Virus record (IMG/VR): IMGVR_UViG_3300028821_000038
Location: 98,315-162,314 of that record
Length of the DNA: 64,000 nt
Reading direction: 5' to 3' (one strand)
Source: a virus
In this document: positions 57,536 through 64,000 of the stretch, in pieces
Layout: the number at the start of each line of letters is the position of its first letter
How positions within the stretch are numbered: the stretch's first letter is position 1
Made by a program: the position numbers and the translations under genes
The notes under the pieces: model-generated
The model's input: only the letters and a program-made list of their open reading frames with translations
Database searches by the model: none
Told to the model about the DNA's origin: nothing

Positions 57536-57775
57536 CTAATTTTTAATTACTTCTTTGATCATTTCTTTTGTGATGTTCCATTGTCCATATGGGACGACCC
57601 ATACACCAAACTCGGGAGGATTTCCTTTTAAGTCTATAACTCTATCATTCGGAAGTTCTTCCTCTATTAAATCAGAGAAGCAGTATGGTGTTTCGGGAGA
57701 GCAGTCTATAATGCCATCCTCGGCCTTACCGTACTCCTTCTCCATTTCTTCCCAGGTTTTAATCTTTACCTTCAA
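57536..57775 (-). CDS. hypothetical protein
   Basis: KVKIKTWEEMEKEYG; paralog of the 55416 module. Confidence 0.65.
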   Translation of the reverse strand: MKVKIKTWEEMEKEYGKAEDGIIDCSPETPYCFSDLIEEELPNDRVIDLKGNPPEFGVWVVPYGQWNITKEMIKEVIKN

Positions 57776-58376
57776 TTTCCATAACCCCCTTTTTTAATAA
57801 TTCTCTTTCCAAACTCATATTTTCTGGAAATATACAGTTGGACATACGCGATATCATTTTTTTTGCATGACTGCTTAGTGTGTAGTGATTGTCATCAAAA
57901 AAGCATATATCTACTCCATTACTTATCACATCAAAGCATTTGGCGTATATAGCTCCTTTATGGGACCACCACTCGTTGAATATCTGTATAGAAAAAGACA
58001 TGGATGTTTCTACTACAACCCAATCAAATCTCCTTGGAGTCATAATTGTGAACATATCCCTGGCGTTCTCGTGAGATAAGCCCTTGGGTGAAAAATCAAA
58101 CTGGGATACTTCACCCACAGGGTATATATATTTATCTCTTTCCATAATAGGGGGAAGCTTCTTGGGATTTGTCCATATCTTTCTCACCTCTCTTTTGCCT
58201 TCATGTAGTCTATCATTTTCTTCCTTAGTAAGAAGATAGAATCTGGATATTTTATCAAGGTGTTTTTTGATAAGGAAGTACACCTTGCCACTATCTTCTA
58301 TTTTTATGATATTTTCATTTTCTGTAAAGCTTGTGCACACAATGCCGTCTGCTTCTGTCCTAATTTTGGGAGTCAT
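57759..58376 (-). CDS. hypothetical protein, paralog of 49605-50207
   Basis: FDWVVVET...FDVISNGVD. Confidence 0.7.
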   Translation of the reverse strand: MTPKIRTEADGIVCTSFTENENIIKIEDSGKVYFLIKKHLDKISRFYLLTKEENDRLHEGKREVRKIWTNPKKLPPIMERDKYIYPVGEVSQFDFSPKGLSHENARDMFTIMTPRRFDWVVVETSMSFSIQIFNEWWSHKGAIYAKCFDVISNGVDICFFDDNHYTLSSHAKKMISRMSNCIFPENMSLERELLKKGVMEIEGKD

Positions 58377-58686
58377 TTTCGTCCTTTCCTTTTATAGTAT
58401 CTATAGAGGATTCCCAGTCAAAAAAGCCTCGATGCTTCCATCTTTCTGCTTTTGATATGATTAGATTTTTAATCCATTCTGCACTGCTTTTTTTGTACCT
58501 TTCGTTGGATAGTGAAATGGCAGCAATTGCTATAGTTTCCATATCAGAAGCTCTCTGGGTTTCCTCTTTTATTGCAGACAATATCCCGTGACTACATGCC
58601 TCATTGATATCCTTGTAGAGAGATGGGTCTTGCTCTACTTCTTGTTTTATCTTTTTTAAGAATCTATATCTTTCTTCATGGTTCAT
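58360..58686 (-). CDS. hypothetical protein
   Basis: RFLKKIKQEVEQDP resembles the C-terminus of 51470-52123 (KFLAKIAKEVENNP). Confidence 0.6.
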   Translation of the reverse strand: MNHEERYRFLKKIKQEVEQDPSLYKDINEACSHGILSAIKEETQRASDMETIAIAAISLSNERYKKSSAEWIKNLIISKAERWKHRGFFDWESSIDTIKGKDENDSQN

Positions 58687-58830
58687 TTTTACCCCTATAG
58701 CCTATTCTTTTTATTTCATTGACAATCTCATCAAACAGAACCTCCTCTTTCCTTGAAATAATGAGGCCAATTTGATCCCTTGAGAACAGTGACTATTTAT
58801 CCATTTGTAGTCGACTCTGTTGTACAAAAC

Positions 58831-60471
58831 TTATAGAATATTTCTAGTTCGTCTAGGCTTATGTTGAATATCTGCTTCTTCTCCTTTTTGGTTTTGTTTT
58901 TTAAGTCTTGATATAGCCTGCAATACGACCCTTTTTGTGAAGTTGTTGTAATCGTATAACAACACATCGCCACGTATGCCACCAATTCTCTTGGTGTTAA
59001 TCCCATATTTTCTGCAAAACTCCTTTGTTCCTGCCATGCAATTTCCACTTTGAATACTATCCTCTATACCAACAAATACATTGTGGGCCATTCTCATAAG
59101 GTATGTATTATCCATTTTAGTTTTTTTTCGTTTATTTATGGCCTCTATCGCTTTACGGTATAGCTTTTTGGGGGTTGTGTTTAGCAACTCTCTTAGTTCA
59201 AAGTGGTATTCTTCACCTTGGTATAAAATTGCATACAGCTCCATCGCAGCCCATGGATATGGTATGCTTTTTATGATATCTCCACTATTATCCCGCGCGA
59301 TTTTTTTTAGTTGGTTAAGGTGTTTATATTTTCCAAATATTCTCCCCTTTTTATCCATATTTTCACGCAAGAACTTTTCATATGCGGCGGCTACTGCCCC
59401 TTTTACAGTGCACGGAGAATCTGGGAGCATTTCTTGTATTTGATTTTTGGTAATCCATAGGGATTCATATTCCTTTTTTAATATTGTAATATTAAACCTA
59501 TCGTCTTTATCGTACTCTGAAAAATATGTATCTCCAATCATCAAGAGGTTGTTTATTCTGCCATCAATCTCGACAGCGCGGTGGGTTTCTGCTATAAATG
59601 AGATCATTTTCTCCATTATCTCATCTATATTGGAATTGGTTATCCATATCCAATATTCCTGCTCTTCTATCTCGTCCTTGTTTTTATAAGAGAGGCAAAT
59701 GTAGACCTGTTCACATTTCCTTGAGATATACCAATCCTTTCCTTTTCTGTGATATGTAACCACCTTATCATATGGATCTATTTCGTCGAAATATTCTTTC
59801 ATGCATTCAAATTCCATCTCCCAAAATGATTCTATTGCATCATTATTGTAATTTTCAACCCTCCCATTGATGTGATGCGTATATGCATCTGACCATTTGA
59901 AGGTTATGTCTGACCCATGAAATAAATCATAATTATTGCAACATGTGTCATTGTTGAAAACTATACAATTTTCCGGTTTGTCATATTCAGTTTCCATAAA
60001 ATCTTCTACCAGCTCATACCCCATCTTGCTGATTGCGGCCTTTATTGCGGCTTTTTGATCATCGAGGGTGGCACTATACTGGAAGATATCGAGCTCTCCC
60101 TTGTATGTTGGCCTTTTCGATACGGCGATATATTCTATCCCTTTAAAATTGCTTTCTATAATTTGGTTGATATCAAATTTTCTAAGTGACTCTTCGAAGG
60201 TCTCGTCTGTGTATGTGTATGTCTCCAATCTTAGTTCTTTATTCCTAATACTTATTGACTCTACAAACACATTGTCTGAGCCAACATTATTAACAAATCT
60301 TTTAACTCGGTTTCTTTTTTCTTCAGCATAATCACTGTCTTCAGGGTGATTGATTCCGTACCCGTAGACAGTTAGTGTAGAACCTTCGTATAGCCTAACG
60401 ACTCCATCCGAAGATGGAATCACAATAGCGAGATTGGCAATATTTTTTTTTGTTATTTCAAGGTTAGTCAT
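58831..60471 (-). CDS. large hypothetical protein
   Basis: 546 aa, AGGAGG RBS; C-terminal DSIQSGNCMAGT motif. Confidence 0.75.
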   Translation of the reverse strand: MTNLEITKKNIANLAIVIPSSDGVVRLYEGSTLTVYGYGINHPEDSDYAEEKRNRVKRFVNNVGSDNVFVESISIRNKELRLETYTYTDETFEESLRKFDINQIIESNFKGIEYIAVSKRPTYKGELDIFQYSATLDDQKAAIKAAISKMGYELVEDFMETEYDKPENCIVFNNDTCCNNYDLFHGSDITFKWSDAYTHHINGRVENYNNDAIESFWEMEFECMKEYFDEIDPYDKVVTYHRKGKDWYISRKCEQVYICLSYKNKDEIEEQEYWIWITNSNIDEIMEKMISFIAETHRAVEIDGRINNLLMIGDTYFSEYDKDDRFNITILKKEYESLWITKNQIQEMLPDSPCTVKGAVAAAYEKFLRENMDKKGRIFGKYKHLNQLKKIARDNSGDIIKSIPYPWAAMELYAILYQGEEYHFELRELLNTTPKKLYRKAIEAINKRKKTKMDNTYLMRMAHNVFVGIEDSIQSGNCMAGTKEFCRKYGINTKRIGGIRGDVLLYDYNNFTKRVVLQAISRLKKQNQKGEEADIQHKPRRTRNIL

Positions 60472-61093
60472 ATTGTCCTCCTTTTTTATTTATAACAAAT
60501 AGACCATCGTGTATATACGGCCAATGTGGGATACTGTAGTACTTGATGGGGTATGGCACCAAGGCGTTAAAAAAGGCGTCATTGGCGCAGCATCCGCCCA
60601 GCCATTCCCCAATGTATAGCATTTGAGCCCCAGGTTTCATAGCCATCCATATATCCCTTGCGAGATCGTTGTAGTATGGAGGCCATGATAGTATGATTGT
60701 GTCATATTCCTTGGCGATTTTCACAGGATCTTCTCTAAAGTCAATCCCGTAGTCAAAATCGTCACAGTCAAATACATGCTCTTTGGGGCCATTGGCATAT
60801 ACTGTCATGCCTGCATCCCTGAGTTTCTTTGACAAAAAGCCGGAGCCGGCTATGATGTCAACGGTCTTGCCCATAGATAGGGCAACTATATTGCTAATCA
60901 ACTCATCACTTACGATACACCATGAGAGTTGAGAAATATATTCTTTCCTAAGCATCACATTGTCTGCCTGTAAAAGAATGTATTGCGCGTCTGTTATTTC
61001 GTCCTCTTTAATTTTCTTGAAGACTCTAGCAACTCGCTCCTCGTTAAAGCAAACATCATCATGCGCAAAAATCTTGTTTATAGTGCTTTTCAA
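60464..61093 (-). CDS. SAM-dependent methyltransferase-like protein
   Basis: VDIIAGSGFL motif I; ILSWPPY; LYIGE..GGCCA. Confidence 0.65.
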   Translation of the reverse strand: MKSTINKIFAHDDVCFNEERVARVFKKIKEDEITDAQYILLQADNVMLRKEYISQLSWCIVSDELISNIVALSMGKTVDIIAGSGFLSKKLRDAGMTVYANGPKEHVFDCDDFDYGIDFREDPVKIAKEYDTIILSWPPYYNDLARDIWMAMKPGAQMLYIGEWLGGCCANDAFFNALVPYPIKYYSIPHWPYIHDGLFVINKKGGQYD

Positions 61094-61114
61094 AGCATCC
61101 TCCTTTATTTGATA

Positions 61115-61130
61115 TCATATATATATACCA
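61115..61130 (-). promoter_or_regulatory. early-type promoter motif TGGTATATATATATGA
   Basis: Same motif at 63544-63560, variant at 61643-61659, partial copy at ~2137 (+). Confidence 0.6.
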
Positions 61131-61187
61131 TTTAAAAAGACCTTCTGTTGTGCAAGCTAAAAAAAATACTTCCTAAAAAAGAAGGCT

Positions 61188-61242
61188 AAAAAAACAGGGG
61201 TTGGATGCTCTGCCGTGGCTCGTGCAGGCCTCCTGTTTTTTT
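61188..61242. terminator. bidirectional terminator-like inverted repeat
   Basis: aaaaaaacagggg...cctcctgttttttt. Confidence 0.55.
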
Positions 61243-61335
61243 ATCTCGCGGGATATGTGAGCCAAAGCATATCCCGCCCGCTTTTCTTGTCCTTCAATGT
61301 GTCATCAGGGAGCGGAAACCCATTGACACACGCCT

Positions 61336-61551
61336 TTATTGCGCAGGTGGTTCTGCGGGTTTTAGCGCCTTTTTCTTGGCGCAGTACCTCTTTGCCCACT
61401 CCTCCATATGGACACCGTTGATGTGGCCCATTAGGCCACCTACTGTTTTTTTCTCTGCTAGTCTACCATCTTGGTAGACTAGTAGTGTTGCTATAAAGTG
61501 GCCCGATGGGCCACCAGTTATATTTGTCCATTCATACGTCAGGCTTGCCAT
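61336..61551 (-). CDS. small hypothetical protein
   Basis: AGGAGG RBS before MASLTYEW. Confidence 0.65.
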   Translation of the reverse strand: MASLTYEWTNITGGPSGHFIATLLVYQDGRLAEKKTVGGLMGHINGVHMEEWAKRYCAKKKALKPAEPPAQ

Positions 61552-61573
61552 TTTTTCCTCCTTTTTATTGGAA

Positions 61574-61630
61574 GCCCCGGCATGGGGCACCCATAATTAA
61601 GCGGGTGTTAGCTGACATTTTAGTCAGCAC
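61574..61630 (-). ncRNA. three-hairpin leader RNA element, copy A
   Basis: GCUGAC-UAAAAU-GUCAGC / CACCCG-CUUAAUUA-UGGGUG / CCCC-AUGCC-GGGG. Confidence 0.6.
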
Positions 61631-61733
61631 ATATCTTTCTTGTCATGTTTATCTACCAGCTTTTTTTTAAAAAGTTCACCCTTTTCGTCCTTGAGAAAAA
61701 TGGGGGCTAGAGAAAAGAAAAAGCTTTTTTGAG

Positions 61734-61784
61734 GCCCCTGATTGAGGCACTCTTATTAAGTGGGGCCGACATTTCAGCCGGCGC
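61734..61784 (-). ncRNA. three-hairpin RNA element, copy B
   Basis: GCCGGC-UGAAAU-GUCGGC / CACUU-AAUAA-GAGUG / CCUC-AAUCA-GGGG. Confidence 0.55.
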
Positions 61785-61856
61785 ATAAAGAGCAGCATGT
61801 TGCACTCCAAAAAAGAGGCATTTGTATTGCGCCCCTCTTTTGGCGCTTTGGTGGGG

Positions 61857-62234
61857 TTATTTTTTAAACCGAACAGCAGTCCCCACCTTTACTCCTTCGG
61901 CATATAGCACTTTGCCGTCGGAGCCAAACACCTTCCTGCCGGGGGACACGACATCATCCCTGTCTTTTAGGTGCTCGGGGCACTCTGGATGTCCTTGAAA
62001 TCTATGGAGAGCATCCAGAATGAATAGGGGAACTATGTATTTGATCCCCTTTTTTTTGGGTGGGAGATGGAGTATGTCTTGGTAAATCTGAACATACTCC
62101 ACAACTTCGCCTTGTCCTCCCACCGCCATATTTTCTGATACAAGCAGTGGCTTCTGCTTGTTGGCGGGGAAGGTAACCACCCCACTTTTCCCTTTTATCT
62201 TTATGGGGTGGTCGGTGAGGTTGATGTATTTCAC
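61857..62234 (-). CDS. phage hypothetical protein
   Basis: AGGAGG RBS, GTG start; INLTDHPI...LPP...YIV...RDDVVSPG. Confidence 0.7.
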   Translation of the reverse strand: MKYINLTDHPIKIKGKSGVVTFPANKQKPLLVSENMAVGGQGEVVEYVQIYQDILHLPPKKKGIKYIVPLFILDALHRFQGHPECPEHLKDRDDVVSPGRKVFGSDGKVLYAEGVKVGTAVRFKK

Positions 62235-62286
62235 TTCTCACCTCCTTTTTGTTTTTTTATTTTTTTTGAAATTACGCATAGCATGC

Positions 62287-62745
62287 TTACATTCTTATTT
62301 TGACGCCGATTAATTCCTCTATCTTGTTATAGAGGACCTCCCAGAAATGTTTTTTATCTGGATGTTGAGCACGACGTAATACAACAAGCTCCGCATATTC
62401 AAGCGGAAGCTTGTCAATTATCCATATTTCATGTGTCTCCGTATATTTGCGACCGTAATTGTCGGTCGCTTCCTCTTCTGTTTCCGTTTTTACCCTAGGA
62501 AGGGCTGCTAAATATTTGGCAGCCTCCTTTCGCTGCTTCAGAAGTCTTTCAGCAGCACCACTTTGCTCCATCAGAGACTTATATAGTGTTTCATTTATTT
62601 CTCCGCCAGCGCCAGTGGTAAGGTCGTCGATATTGATGTTCTGGGGAATTGGCCTCAGTTCCATTCCCCAAGCATTCTCTTTAATCTTCCTTATCATTTC
62701 CGCATAAGCTGCCGCTTTATACGGATTGTATCCAGAGCCAAACAT
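62287..62745 (-). CDS. hypothetical protein
   Basis: AGGAG RBS. Confidence 0.7.
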   Translation of the reverse strand: MFGSGYNPYKAAAYAEMIRKIKENAWGMELRPIPQNINIDDLTTGAGGEINETLYKSLMEQSGAAERLLKQRKEAAKYLAALPRVKTETEEEATDNYGRKYTETHEIWIIDKLPLEYAELVVLRRAQHPDKKHFWEVLYNKIEELIGVKIRM

Positions 62746-62756
62746 TTTTTCTCCTT

Positions 62757-63452
62757 TTAATCAGGCTTTATTTCAAATAAATTGAACTCATTTGCCATTT
62801 TGAATTGCTGCAGAAGTCGTTTAAATTTCTTTTCGCTTCTTACTACAGCTGCTTCAATTTTTTGAATTCCTTCTTCGAACTTAGTCCCGTTCTCTAGGCA
62901 CTCGCGAATAATTTCGTCAGCGCCATAGTAGTGCATATACACTTTCTCGCTACGGTTAGCTAATTCCGTAGCTTTTCCTAGTGCTTCTTTGTATGCTTTC
63001 AATTCATCACCATTAAGCGTCTCTTCTTTTATTTTCTTTGTCAACAATATTTCATCGTTGACCATGAATAGCACTTCATCCCACCCTTGTCTTTTGAAGT
63101 GCTCTTTGATTATATCTTTATGCTCCCACACGGAGCTTTTATGCTCCTGTGGGATAATTATATACTTTTTTCTAATAACGCTTTTTATTGGCGCTCCCTC
63201 AAGTGGGAAGCGCCATTGTTCAATATTTTTTTCTTCGTCCCTAAATTGCTCCAACAAAACAATATCTATTGGAGCTACTTTTGCCCATTTATGGACATAT
63301 AGTCCCTTTGGGCCCTCCCTGATGTCATCTTCATAAACGAAGACGACATCAAGGCCCTCATTCCAGTAGTGTTTTATAAACACTACATTTTTCCCTCTCT
63401 TCCCTAGGGCTCCACCCCTAGGGAACTCTTTAAAAATTTTTAGTTTTATCAT
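62757..63452 (-). CDS. hypothetical protein
   Basis: AGGAGG RBS; first gene after leader copy C. Confidence 0.7.
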   Translation of the reverse strand: MIKLKIFKEFPRGGALGKRGKNVVFIKHYWNEGLDVVFVYEDDIREGPKGLYVHKWAKVAPIDIVLLEQFRDEEKNIEQWRFPLEGAPIKSVIRKKYIIIPQEHKSSVWEHKDIIKEHFKRQGWDEVLFMVNDEILLTKKIKEETLNGDELKAYKEALGKATELANRSEKVYMHYYGADEIIRECLENGTKFEEGIQKIEAAVVRSEKKFKRLLQQFKMANEFNLFEIKPD

Positions 63453-63476
63453 TTTTTCCTCCTTTCATATAGAAGA

Positions 63477-63533
63477 GTCCATGACGTGGGCACCCGTAAT
63501 TAATCGGGTGTTGGCCAACATTTCAGTTAGCGC
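63477..63533 (-). ncRNA. three-hairpin leader RNA element, copy C
   Basis: GCUAAC-UGAAAU-GUUGGC / CACCCG-AUUAAUUA-CGGGUG / CCA-CGUCA-UGG. Confidence 0.6.
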
Positions 63534-63706
63534 ATTCTTACAATCATATATATATACCAGCTTTTTAAATTAAGAAAATTTACTTTTTTCGTCCTTATAA
63601 AAATAAGGGGGGGAGCTATTATGAATTTAAAAAATAATAGATATGTAAAAAAGACTTCCCTAAAATCCATTCGGCCTTGGCGAGGCCGTTGGCAGAATGT
63701 AGCCTA

Positions 63707-63738
63707 AAAAAAAATAGGGGCCTCCTACCCCCCCTATT
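63707..63738 (-). terminator. intrinsic terminator after the MYG1-like gene
   Basis: Minus strand aatagggg...cccctatttttttt. Confidence 0.6.
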
Positions 63739-63739
63739 C

Positions 63740-64000
63740 CTAGAGAGATATGTCAAAGATCTCTTTGACGTATCTCTCCATTGAAGCCCGTTCAGGGGCG
63801 ACAGCAAAAAACTTGCCCGCATGAACGAACTTCATGTAGTCGCGGGGCTCTAGACCGCGACCAACTCTCTCGAAAGATCCAGGCTCTGCTGGAGCCACCT
63901 GGATCTTCCAGTCTCCCGCCTTATCATCTTCCCAGACGACCGCCTCTACGTCTGGGTTGATGACACCGTTGAATACTTTCTGCCAGTGCCTCATGTGCCC
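63740..64000 (-). CDS. C-terminus of a MYG1-like (UPF0160) protein, partial
   Basis: WKIQVAP..PGSFE and FVHAGKFFAV match the MYG1-family C-terminal pattern. Confidence 0.55.
   Translation of the reverse strand, partial: GHMRHWQKVFNGVINPDVEAVVWEDDKAGDWKIQVAPAEPGSFERVGRGLEPRDYMKFVHAGKFFAVAPERASMERYVKEIFDISL

Noticed and set aside
61270-61325. Hammerhead ribozyme (CUGAUGA...GAAA on the minus strand)
   Set aside because: No stem II can form between the motifs, and CUGAUGA sits within a simple hairpin
47910-63336. Plus-strand ORFs in the right arm
   Set aside because: Antisense shadows of tightly packed, RBS-bearing minus-strand genes
1-64000. tRNA or rRNA genes
   Set aside because: No cloverleaf with a canonical T-arm was recognised by eye; tRNAscan-SE would be needed to exclude them

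Overview
A 64-kb segment of a large tailed bacteriophage (Caudoviricetes) in three parts. (1) ~300-1500 is non-coding: a long GC-rich structured tract, two convergent sigma70-like promoters, an AT-rich stretch and six palindromic 22-bp repeats, together resembling a replication origin. (2) 1573-46645 (+) is the virion/lysis arm: many small cationic Gly-rich proteins and acidic proteins carrying a recurrent [LM]-x-K-x-[AS] motif, holin/spanin-like genes, an HNH endonuclease, a large tail/adhesin cluster (LamG and fibrinogen-like domains; a paralog family with a shared N-terminal module), an IS607 element (serine recombinase plus Fanzor2-like TnpB), terminase large subunit, a Dam methylase with an amber codon at position 5, two HExxH metalloprotease paralogs and the probable major capsid protein. 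(3) 46852-64000 (-) is an early-type arm of small ORFs with many paralog pairs, a degenerate metallo-beta-lactamase and its pseudogene, a methyltransferase-like gene, a partial MYG1-like gene and three copies of a covarying three-hairpin RNA element. Spanin-like genes imply a Gram-negative host. Extended -10 promoters with T-rich upstream tracts weakly suggest Campylobacterota. No portal, prohead protease, tape measure, endolysin, polymerase, tRNA or CRISPR array was recognised. Product calls rest on motifs recognised by eye; no database searches were run.
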